A DNA stretch of 63,380 bases, taken from positions 1 to 63,380 of the forward strand of contig DBYQ01000058.1 in NCBI GenBank assembly GCA_002310015.1, read 5' to 3'. This document shows, one piece after another, positions 7,467 to 15,394 of this stretch (position 1 is its first letter; each line of letters begins with the position of its first letter). Both the position numbers and the translations under genes were made by a program. This stretch comes from Bacteroidales bacterium UBA1182 (GTDB taxonomy: Bacteria > Bacteroidota > Bacteroidia > Bacteroidales > Bacteroidaceae). The notes below the pieces were generated by a model. The model worked only from the letters and a program-made list of their open reading frames with translations, was not told the origin of the DNA and did no database searches.

Positions 7467-8516
7467 ATGGCAAATCATGTGGTAATTATGGCGGGGGGTA
7501 TCGGGAGTAGATTCTGGCCCCTGAGTACTCCGGAGTTTCCTAAGCAATTTATTGATATTCTGGGTTGTGGACGGTCGCTGATTCAGCTGACTGTGGACCG
7601 GTTCAAGGGTATTTGCCCATCGGAAAACTTTTGGGTGGTGACTAACAAGGATTACGTGGATATTGTTAAGCAGCAGATTCCTGGTATTCCTTTAAAGCAT
7701 ATTTTAGCTGAGCCAGCGGCGCGAAATACGGCTCCGTGCATTGCCTGGGCGTGCTGGAGCATTAAGGAGGAGGATCCTGATGCAAATGTTGTCGTTACTC
7801 CCAGCGATGCGGTTGTAATGAACCCTGAGGAGTTCAGGCGCGTGATATCGGGCGCATTGGAGTTTACATCGGGCCACGACTTTATCGTGACTATCGGAAT
7901 CAAACCGAATAGGCCGGAAACTGGGTATGGTTATGTAAAAACGGTACAAAAGGGGTCTGACCCCAATTGTATCATTTTGGTGGAGGAGTTTAAGGAGAAG
8001 CCGGATCTGGAGACGGCTAAGAGGTATTTGGCGGATGGAAATTACCTTTGGAATGCGGGGATTTTTGTGTGGAATGTGAAGACGATTACCGATTCTATCA
8101 GGGCTTATAAGCCGATTTTGGCGGGGCAGATGGATAAAATGATACAAAAGGGGTCTGACCCCAATTGTACTGTTTTGGAGATTTTCCCGACTTGTGAGAA
8201 GATTTCTATTGACTATGCGGTGATGGAGCCGGCTGCTGCTGAGGGGAAGGTTTATACTTTTCCGGCGGATTTTGGGTGGAGCGATCTGGGGAACTGGCAG
8301 TCGCTGCATGAAAAGTTGCAGAAGGATGCGGATAATAATGCATCGGTGGGTAATGTACATTTCTATGAATCAAGCAATTGCGTGGTTCATGTTGAGGACG
8401 CCAAGAAGGTTGTGATTCAGGGATTGGACGGGTATATTGTATCGGAAAAGGGGGGACAAATTCTGATTTGCAAGCGTAGCGAGGAGCAGCGCATTAAAGA
8501 GTTTGGAGCAAAATGA
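7467..8516 (+). CDS. manC: mannose-1-phosphate guanylyltransferase
   Basis: VIMAGGIGSRFWPLS, ETGYGYV, FKEKPDLETAKRYL and SIDYAVMEP. The ORF contains two REP units in frame. The TGA stop lies in a REP flank. Confidence 0.85.
   Translation: MANHVVIMAGGIGSRFWPLSTPEFPKQFIDILGCGRSLIQLTVDRFKGICPSENFWVVTNKDYVDIVKQQIPGIPLKHILAEPAARNTAPCIAWACWSIKEEDPDANVVVTPSDAVVMNPEEFRRVISGALEFTSGHDFIVTIGIKPNRPETGYGYVKTVQKGSDPNCIILVEEFKEKPDLETAKRYLADGNYLWNAGIFVWNVKTITDSIRAYKPILAGQMDKMIQKGSDPNCTVLEIFPTCEKISIDYAVMEPAAAEGKVYTFPADFGWSDLGNWQSLHEKLQKDADNNASVGNVHFYESSNCVVHVEDAKKVVIQGLDGYIVSEKGGQILICKRSEEQRIKEFGAK
7944..7972. repeat. REP unit inside manC coding sequence
   Basis: gtacaaaaggggtctgaccccaattgtat is identical (29/29) to the intergenic copy at 7417-7445. 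It is translated as VQKGSDPNCI. Confidence 0.9.
8142..8170. repeat. REP unit inside manC coding sequence
   Basis: atacaaaaggggtctgaccccaattgtac with the aaaatg/tgtttt flanks seen at intergenic copies. It is translated as IQKGSDPNCT. Confidence 0.9.
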
Positions 8517-8690
8517 TGCAATTGGGGTCTGACCCCTTTTGCACTTGTCATTTTCAAAAAAAACAGTACAAAAGGGGTCTGACCCCAATTGTATCATTTT
8601 CAAAAAAAAACAGTGCAAAAGGGGTCAGACCCCAATTGCACCAATGGCACATGCAAAAAGAGTACCAAAGGGGTCTGACCCCAATGGTAC
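8517..8690. repeat. cluster of four REP units
   Basis: Units at 8517-8544 (inverted form) and at 8566-8594, 8613-8641 and 8662-8690 (direct form), including GTGC and ACCA variants. Confidence 0.9.
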
Positions 8691-8715
8691 TTTTTTAATT
8701 TTAAATAATTATGAT

Positions 8716-8723
8716 TATCTTTG
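8716..8723 (+). promoter_or_regulatory. candidate -7 box TATCTTTG
   Basis: TAnnTTTG match 42 nt upstream of the ATG at 8765. Confidence 0.45.
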
Positions 8724-8764
8724 CGGTCTGAATGTGAAATAATATTTTAAAATAAGGATAATAA

Positions 8765-11461
8765 ATGAAGAAAATTCTGGCTTGTATTGCATTCTTGCTG
8801 CCGCTGGTGGTTTACTCACAGAGTGCATCGATGATTTCAATGGCTCGCAATGAGCTGCAGAAACGTGGACTTGAAGAGACTGAGGTACGCGCGCGTCTGC
8901 TTGAAAACGGTATTGACGTGGATAATATTCCGCCGACTGAGTATCAGAACTATCAGGGTAGAGTTACGGCTATTATTAACCAGATGCAGGCCGAGAAGGC
9001 TCAGGCTTCATCTAATGCTACTCCTGCGGCCCCGGCCGGTGAGAGTGCCATTGCTGCAGCTGCAAGCGAGGCTCTTACTCCGGAGGATTTCCCGCAGACG
9101 ACTCAAGGTGAGGCTGCCGCAGAGGAGGCTCTTGAGGAGGCTCTCAAAGAGAATCATGTATCACCAACGGCTGGTGATGACATTTACGGCCACTCACTGT
9201 TTACAGGCAAGTCACTGGATGTGTATCGCACTACAGACGGTGCCCAGGCTCCTGAAACCTACGTTATGGGTGAGGGCGATGAGGTGCATATCTCAATATT
9301 CGGTTCGTCACAGACTGAGATTCATCAGCGTATTGGTGCCGATGGTTCAATACAACCTGCTAACAGCTCCAAGATATTCCTTAAGGGTATGACCCTGGAG
9401 CAGGCCCGTCAGGCTATCAGAAGTAAGCTGGCTTCATCTTACTCATTCCGTCCGGACCAGATTGCGGTTACCATTACTACGGCACGTACCGTGATGGTGA
9501 ACATATACGGTGAGGTAGGTGTTCAGGGCGGTTTTACACTCTCAGCACTTAACTCTGCATTCAATGCCCTGGCTGCAGCCGGCGGTCCTACAAGAATAGG
9601 TTCCGTACGTAACGTTCAGTTGAGCCGCGGTGGCAAGACAAGCCGTCTGGACCTGTACAGGTATATGACCAAGCCCGATCCCAATGCACAGTATGACCTG
9701 CAGAACGGTGATGTGCTGTTTGTGCCGGTGGCTGACAACATTGTAACTATTGAGGGTGCAGTAAACCGCCCCATGCGTTATGAGATGGTGGCTGGTGAGA
9801 CTGTAAAGGACCTGATACGCTATGCCGGTGGCGTGACATACAACGTTTATCCTGATTACCTGCAGATAGAGCGCCAGGAGGGCGGTGAGATAAAGATCCT
9901 GGAGTATGAGCTGGATAATGTGCTTTCAGGATCACAGAGGATAGAGCTCAAGAACGGTGATGTGGTAAGGGTACGCACATCGAACAAACCGCTTGAGAAC
10001 TACGTATCAATTAAGGGTGATGTGTTCTACGGAGGCCGATATGCGATTGAGAATAACGGTACCCTGCAGACTCTTATTGAGAAGGCTCAGCCCCGTTACA
10101 CAGCTATGACCGATTTTGTGTTTGTAGAGCGTACACGTCCCGACGAGACTGTTGAGGTGCTCACCATACCGTTCCCCGGCGTAAACGGCAATCCGGATTT
10201 TGAACTGCAGCCAAGAGATGCAGTGCTTGTTAAGGAGCAGTCAACATACCGTGACCTGGCAACAATCTCGGTAAGCGGTCAGGTGCGTGAACCTTTCTCA
10301 CGTCAGTTTGGTGTGAATGACAGGATGACAGTGGAGCAGGCTATAGGTTATGCAGGCGGTCTTAAGCCCAGTGTATTCCCTGTAGCTTACATATTCCGCC
10401 GTGACCTGACCAATCCCTCAAAACAGGAGTACCTGCGTATATTGCTGGATAGGGATGGCGATACCCTGCTGCAGCCCGGTGACCAGTTGAAAATATATGA
10501 CAACACCACTTATACAAACGTAGGTGAAGTCCGCGTGAGCGGTGCCGTAAAAAACCCGTTTGGAGTAGAGTTTGACAAGTCACTGACAGTGCATGACATG
10601 CTTGAGATGGCAGGCGGATTAGAGGTAGGTGCAGCATACGACCGCGTTGAGGTGTTCCGTATCAACATCTCTACAAAGGATGAGGTTAAACTTGACCAGA
10701 TTACCCTGACTGTTGATGACCAGTACAATCTGGTGGGTAACTCAGAATTCCAGTTGCAGCCGTATGACCATATAGTTGTACGCCGTACTCCTAACTTTAC
10801 CATGGGACGAACGGTTGAGGTTAACGGCCGCGTAAAATATCCGGGTGTATATGTACTGGAGGATAATAAAACACAGTTGTGGGAGATTATCCAGATGGCA
10901 GGCGGCCTGCTTGATGATGCAGCCCCGTATGCACGCCTGTTCCGTACTTATCGTAACCGCGGTAGTATAGGACTGGACCTTAGGGAGGTGAAGAGTAACA
11001 AGGGAAGACTCAAGTCTGACCCCATACTGATGGATGGTGACGTAATCAACATAACACGTATGGAGAACGTTGTTTCAATACGTGAGACCGGAACCAGAAT
11101 GGCTCAGTATGTACCTGAGGAGTATGCATCAAGCCAAAAGACAATCCTGTTCCAGGGTAAGCACAATGCCGCCTGGTATATACGCCATTATGCCGGCGGA
11201 TTCCAGAAGGCTGCCGATAAGAACAGCGTTACGGTTACGTACCCCAACAACCAGACAGAATCAACCAAACGCGGATTCCTTTGGATACGCCGTTATCCTA
11301 AAGTTGAATCAGGCGGTATGATTACACTGCGCATTGATGATGAGAAACGTGAGAAGATAGAGAAGCCTAAGGAGAAGATTGACTGGGGTGATGAACTGAG
11401 AACATCTCTCAGTACACTCACATCGGTTATATCATTGGTAATTCTTATTGACAAACTGTAG
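8765..11461 (+). CDS. large polysaccharide export protein with multiple SLBB-type repeats
   Basis: Signal peptide followed by a repeated G-D-x-(I/V/L)-x-V pattern (GDEVHISIFG, NGDVLFVPV, NGDVVRVR, PGDQLKIY, DGDVINI), as in Wza/SLBB export proteins. 898 aa. Confidence 0.7.
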   Translation: MKKILACIAFLLPLVVYSQSASMISMARNELQKRGLEETEVRARLLENGIDVDNIPPTEYQNYQGRVTAIINQMQAEKAQASSNATPAAPAGESAIAAAASEALTPEDFPQTTQGEAAAEEALEEALKENHVSPTAGDDIYGHSLFTGKSLDVYRTTDGAQAPETYVMGEGDEVHISIFGSSQTEIHQRIGADGSIQPANSSKIFLKGMTLEQARQAIRSKLASSYSFRPDQIAVTITTARTVMVNIYGEVGVQGGFTLSALNSAFNALAAAGGPTRIGSVRNVQLSRGGKTSRLDLYRYMTKPDPNAQYDLQNGDVLFVPVADNIVTIEGAVNRPMRYEMVAGETVKDLIRYAGGVTYNVYPDYLQIERQEGGEIKILEYELDNVLSGSQRIELKNGDVVRVRTSNKPLENYVSIKGDVFYGGRYAIENNGTLQTLIEKAQPRYTAMTDFVFVERTRPDETVEVLTIPFPGVNGNPDFELQPRDAVLVKEQSTYRDLATISVSGQVREPFSRQFGVNDRMTVEQAIGYAGGLKPSVFPVAYIFRRDLTNPSKQEYLRILLDRDGDTLLQPGDQLKIYDNTTYTNVGEVRVSGAVKNPFGVEFDKSLTVHDMLEMAGGLEVGAAYDRVEVFRINISTKDEVKLDQITLTVDDQYNLVGNSEFQLQPYDHIVVRRTPNFTMGRTVEVNGRVKYPGVYVLEDNKTQLWEIIQMAGGLLDDAAPYARLFRTYRNRGSIGLDLREVKSNKGRLKSDPILMDGDVINITRMENVVSIRETGTRMAQYVPEEYASSQKTILFQGKHNAAWYIRHYAGGFQKAADKNSVTVTYPNNQTESTKRGFLWIRRYPKVESGGMITLRIDDEKREKIEKPKEKIDWGDELRTSLSTLTSVISLVILIDKL

Positions 11462-11465
11462 TAAT

Positions 11466-12626
11466 ATGGACGAGAATATGAACAATGCGCCTATGACGGA
11501 TGAAGGGGAGGGTATAGATATAATGGTGCTGGTAAAACAGCTATGGGACGGCCGTAAGACTGTAATAATCTGGACCTGTGTGTTCATGGCGTTAGGCCTG
11601 ATAGCCGCATTTACCATGATTCGTAAATACGAGGTGAGTACTGTAATGGTTCCCCAGCTGAACTCCAAGCAAAACGCATCATTGAGCAGTCTGGCATCAC
11701 TTGCGGGATTTGACTTGAGTACGGTCAATACGGGTAGTGAGCTATCGCCGCTTATCTATCCGCAGATTGTGGGCAGCGTTACTTTCATGAAAGAACTGAT
11801 GTACACTCCGCTTCATTATGCTAAGTGTGATACCGCTATCTGCATGTTTGATTATGCGCAGAGTGATTATGCCAAGCCTTCAGTGGTAGGTGCTATATTT
11901 GGAGGTTTAATAAAATATACCATCGGATTGCCGCGTGTGATCCTTAAAGCTATTAGAGGAGAGAAAGAGCCTATAGTATTACCTGAAGGTGAAGGTACGG
12001 CCGATAATACCCCCAAGCCAGTGGTTATAAGTGAGGATGAGGAGGAGATCCTTAAGGAACTTGCAGAAAATGTTTCACTTGCAGTTGATAAGAAAGAAGG
12101 TTATATCACTCTGAATGTAATAGGTTCAGAGCCTATACAGGCTGCGGAACTGGCCATGAAGGCGCAGCAACTGCTTCAGGAGGAACTTACACGTTTCCGT
12201 ATTGAGAAATCAGAAAGTGAGCTGGAATATATCCAGGCCCGTTATAATGAGATAAAATCGGAGACTGAGTCATATCAGGAGCAACTGGCCAGGATTACAG
12301 ACCGTTCACAAAGTGTGACCAATACACGTGACCGCATTGAGCGTGACCGCATCCAGACCAAGTACTCTATCTCAAGTTCCATTTACAGTGAACTGGCCAA
12401 GCAGTTGGAGCAGGCCAAGATGCAGGTTAAGAAGGATACTCCTGTGTTTACTGTAATCCAGCCTATTACTGTTCCTAATAAGCCTTCAAACAGCCGTGCA
12501 AAGACTCTTATCATATGGACGTTCTTTGGCGTGGTTTTGGGCTGTGGCGTGGTTCTGGGGAAGGAGTATTTGCCTAAGCTTTTGGCTCAGTTTAAAGACG
12601 AGGAGGAGGAAAAGATTGAAAATTGA
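11466..12626 (+). CDS. Wzz-like chain-length determinant protein (no kinase domain)
   Basis: N-terminal IDIMVLVKQLWDGRKTVII plus a TM segment, a coiled-coil middle and a C-terminal TM segment. The final residues KIEN and the stop are encoded by a heptamer array. Confidence 0.7.
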   Translation: MDENMNNAPMTDEGEGIDIMVLVKQLWDGRKTVIIWTCVFMALGLIAAFTMIRKYEVSTVMVPQLNSKQNASLSSLASLAGFDLSTVNTGSELSPLIYPQIVGSVTFMKELMYTPLHYAKCDTAICMFDYAQSDYAKPSVVGAIFGGLIKYTIGLPRVILKAIRGEKEPIVLPEGEGTADNTPKPVVISEDEEEILKELAENVSLAVDKKEGYITLNVIGSEPIQAAELAMKAQQLLQEELTRFRIEKSESELEYIQARYNEIKSETESYQEQLARITDRSQSVTNTRDRIERDRIQTKYSISSSIYSELAKQLEQAKMQVKKDTPVFTVIQPITVPNKPSNSRAKTLIIWTFFGVVLGCGVVLGKEYLPKLLAQFKDEEEEKIEN

Positions 12627-12835
12627 AAATTGAAAATTGAAAATTATAAAAAAGGTTCGGAAATTTTCCGAACCTTTTTTAATGTCGCGGGAATTAAAGC
12701 AGGTGTTTTTTTACGCAGGTGCTTGTAATTTTCAATTTTCAATTTTCAATTATGTAACTTCGTTCCATGATTTTTGTCACGACTCGGTCAAACAAGCAAG
12801 CTTGATGACTCTCGCTGCTCCAAAAATTTTCAATT
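12615..12835. repeat. heptamer-armed cassette H1 (module A plus module B)
   Basis: (ATTGAAA)x4 at 12615-12645, then a terminator hairpin, then the AATGTCGCGGG and TTACGCAGGTGC boxes, then (TTTTCAA)x3 at 12727-12751. Module B (cgttccatgatttttgtcacgactcgg...ctgctccaaaaattttcaatt) runs to 12835. Confidence 0.9.
12648..12680. terminator. bidirectional rho-independent terminator hairpin (cassette core)
   Basis: aaaaaaggttcggaaattttccgaacctttttt: an A-tract, a 9-bp stem and a T-tract, between convergent genes. Confidence 0.7.
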
Positions 12836-12838
12836 CGC

Positions 12839-13822
12839 TTAGAGCATGTTTTCTTTTGCCATGGGAGACCAGGGACCATCCTGAGCCATGAAGATGATTG
12901 AAAGCTCCGTGACCTCAAAGGTGTGCCACTGGCCTTTGGGGATGTTCACACCGAACACGCCGGTATCGCCACCCATGTGTATGCGCTGAATCTCAATGCC
13001 CTTGTCATTATAGAATACGGTATCCATGCGGCCACGCATGAGCATTACTGTCTCACTTGAGAGGTTGTGCTTGTGAATGGCTGTTTTGGTGCCGGGCAGC
13101 ATGACGTTGAGCAGACGCTGTGACTGATCCTCTTCAGTGTTGCGCAGGTCATAGTTCATACGCAGACGCGGTGACTCCTGAGCCAGCATCTGTATCTTGT
13201 TGAGCAGGGTGTCATCAAGAACTACCTGACGCTCCAGGAATTTACGGTCAATGCCCTTGAACACGCGGAACATGGCCTTGCGTACAGCTTCAATATCGCC
13301 ACATTCACCATCTACCTCATGATACTTGCCGTTGTTCTTATAATAGGTGATAAGCGGCTCGGTCTGCTTGTGGTAGGTTGCTATGCGATTCTTGATGGTC
13401 TCCTCATTGGCGTCATCGGCACGGCCTTCAATCTGGGCACGATGCGAGAGGCGTTCCTTAATGGTCTCATCCTTAATCATTATGGAGATTACGGCATTGA
13501 CCTTCTCACCGCGGCGGGCAAGCATCTCATCCAGGTCTGACGCCTGGCCAAGTGTGCGGGGGAACCCGTCAAGGAGGAATCCTGCCACATTCTTATATGT
13601 ATTGAACGTGTTCTCAATCATTCCCTCAACAACGCTGTCAGGTACCAGATTACCTGCGTCAATAAGCTCTTTGGCCTGCTTGCCAAGTTCTGTGCCTGCT
13701 GCTATCTCTGCACGGAGCATCTCACCGGTGCTTATGTGCTTGAGGTTATATTTTTGAGAGATGGCACCTGCCTGTGTGCCTTTACCTGCCCCTGGAGGGC
13801 CGAATAGGATGTAGTATTTCAT
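12839..13822 (-). CDS. adk: adenylate kinase fused to a C-terminal WbuC-like cupin domain
   Basis: N-terminal half: GPPGAGKGTQ P-loop, ISTGEMLR and GFLLDGFPRT. C-terminal ~130 aa: LPGTKTAIHKHNLSSETVMLMRG...GQWHTFE, a cupin pattern. It is a single uninterrupted 327-aa ORF. Confidence 0.75.
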   Translation of the reverse strand: MKYYILFGPPGAGKGTQAGAISQKYNLKHISTGEMLRAEIAAGTELGKQAKELIDAGNLVPDSVVEGMIENTFNTYKNVAGFLLDGFPRTLGQASDLDEMLARRGEKVNAVISIMIKDETIKERLSHRAQIEGRADDANEETIKNRIATYHKQTEPLITYYKNNGKYHEVDGECGDIEAVRKAMFRVFKGIDRKFLERQVVLDDTLLNKIQMLAQESPRLRMNYDLRNTEEDQSQRLLNVMLPGTKTAIHKHNLSSETVMLMRGRMDTVFYNDKGIEIQRIHMGGDTGVFGVNIPKGQWHTFEVTELSIIFMAQDGPWSPMAKENML

Positions 13823-13990
13823 ATTAAAGAGGTTTGCTTTTATCGGACGTCAAAGTTAATCTATTTAATGTAATTCTTATATAAGGTACTGTTATAAAAA
13901 TCCATAAAAGAGAGGCTGATAAAATTACGCGCAATTTGTAGTGTTTTTTACATTAAATGATTATGTTTGTAGAAATTAAACCGATGCGTT

Positions 13991-14371
13991 ATGAGAATTA
14001 GACTGTTGTTTGCCTTAGGGCTTCTGGCTCTATTGGAGTTATCCGTTATAAGTTGCGATAATGATGAGGTTAAGGTGGATGATGTGAAAACGGTAATGAC
14101 CGACTCCGTAACCATACCCGTCTTTGCATCCGTGGCCGATACTTCAATGGTGGTGCTCAAAGAGCTTACCAATGCTGACCGGTGGCACGCTGAGATGGTT
14201 CAGAGCGGAAACTGGTGCTCTCTGTCCAAGACAGACGGAATAATAGGCGATACTCTTTTTATCTACGTGAAAGAGAATACAAACCGTATGGGACGCTATG
14301 CATGGCTTAAGATTGAAGCCGGTACGCTTATTATGCAGTATCTGGTAAGGCAGAATGCGTCAAAGAAATAG
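13991..14371 (+). CDS. BACON domain lipoprotein
   Basis: Lipobox LSVISC. The W...W.SL...G...L.I.V.EN....R.A.L.I...Q pattern matches a BACON domain. Confidence 0.5.
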   Translation: MRIRLLFALGLLALLELSVISCDNDEVKVDDVKTVMTDSVTIPVFASVADTSMVVLKELTNADRWHAEMVQSGNWCSLSKTDGIIGDTLFIYVKENTNRMGRYAWLKIEAGTLIMQYLVRQNASKK

Positions 14372-14408
14372 ATTTCATTTTTAATTTATTGATTACAAAT
14401 AAGTTTAT

Positions 14409-15392
14409 ATGACTCAAGGAAATGTACGTCCGGCCTCGATGGAGCGTATCACTACGCCCGCATTGGCCAAGAAATTCATTGATGAACAGATTAAGGAGCT
14501 CAGGGCTCAGATTGGTGACAAAAAGGTTCTGCTGGCACTGTCCGGTGGCGTGGATTCATCGGTAGTGGCTGCATTGCTCATTAAAGCGGTGGGCAAGCAG
14601 CTGGTTTCAGTGCATGTAAACCACGGACTGCTGCGCAAGGGCGAGCCCGAGCAGGTGGTGCGCGTGTTCCGCGATGAGTTGAACGCCAACCTGGTATATG
14701 TGGATGCCACTGACCGTTTCCTGAACAAGCTGGCCGGCGTGGCTGATCCAGAGCAGAAGCGCAAGATAATAGGCGCCGAGTTTATCCGCGTGTTTGAGGA
14801 GGAGGCACGCAAGCAGGAGGGTATCAGTTTCCTGGCCCAGGGTACCATCTATCCCGATATTGTGGAGTCAGGTCCCGTAAAGAGCCATCACAACGTGGGT
14901 GGTCTGCCCGATGACCTTAAGTTTGAGCTGGTGGAGCCTATCAAGCTGCTGTTCAAGGATGAGGTTCGCGTGGTAGGTAAGGAGCTTGGCCTGCCAGATA
15001 ACATGGTGTTCCGTCAGCCGTTCCCGGGCCCGGGTCTGGGCGTGCGCTGCACGGGTGCAATTACTAGAGACAGGTTAGAGGCCCTGCGTGAGAGCGATGC
15101 CATTCTGCGCGAGGAGTTTGCGGCTAATGGCTTGGAGGGCAAGGTTTGGCAGTACTTTACCATCGTGCCCGATTACAAGTCAACGGGCGTTAAGGATAAC
15201 AAGCGCAGCTGGGATTGGCCGGTGATCATCCGCGCCGTGAATACCCGGGATGCTATGACGGCTACTATTGAGGAGATTCCATACAAACTGTTGCACCATA
15301 TTACTCAGCGCATCATTACGGAGGTTCCGGGTGTGAATAGAGTGCTTTATGATTTGACTCCGAAACCTACGGGCACTATTGAGTGGGAGTAA
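14409..15392 (+). CDS. guaA: GMP synthase ATP-pyrophosphatase/dimerisation portion only (no GATase domain)
   Basis: SGGVDSSV PP-loop, HHNVGGLP and the canonical C-terminus TGTIEWE. Only 327 aa, with no class-I amidotransferase domain upstream. Confidence 0.8.
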   Translation: MTQGNVRPASMERITTPALAKKFIDEQIKELRAQIGDKKVLLALSGGVDSSVVAALLIKAVGKQLVSVHVNHGLLRKGEPEQVVRVFRDELNANLVYVDATDRFLNKLAGVADPEQKRKIIGAEFIRVFEEEARKQEGISFLAQGTIYPDIVESGPVKSHHNVGGLPDDLKFELVEPIKLLFKDEVRVVGKELGLPDNMVFRQPFPGPGLGVRCTGAITRDRLEALRESDAILREEFAANGLEGKVWQYFTIVPDYKSTGVKDNKRSWDWPVIIRAVNTRDAMTATIEEIPYKLLHHITQRIITEVPGVNRVLYDLTPKPTGTIEWE

Positions 15393-15394
15393 AA

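Noticed and set aside
8513-8742. ORFs 8513-8698 and 8539-8742, and other small ORFs containing GSDPNC, KRGQTPIA or IGVRPQL
   Set aside because: They are read-through translations of tandem REP units in intergenic DNA. There is no start context or coding signal beyond the repeat.
12637-12891. Small ORF through cassette module A (MKIIKKVRKFSEPFL...NFQFSIFN), which resembles the antisense ORF 25173-25559
   Set aside because: The similarity reflects conserved DNA. In H8 and H9 the same frame hits a stop within 6-15 codons (ttg aaa att ata aaa tag in H9), so no conserved peptide is encoded.
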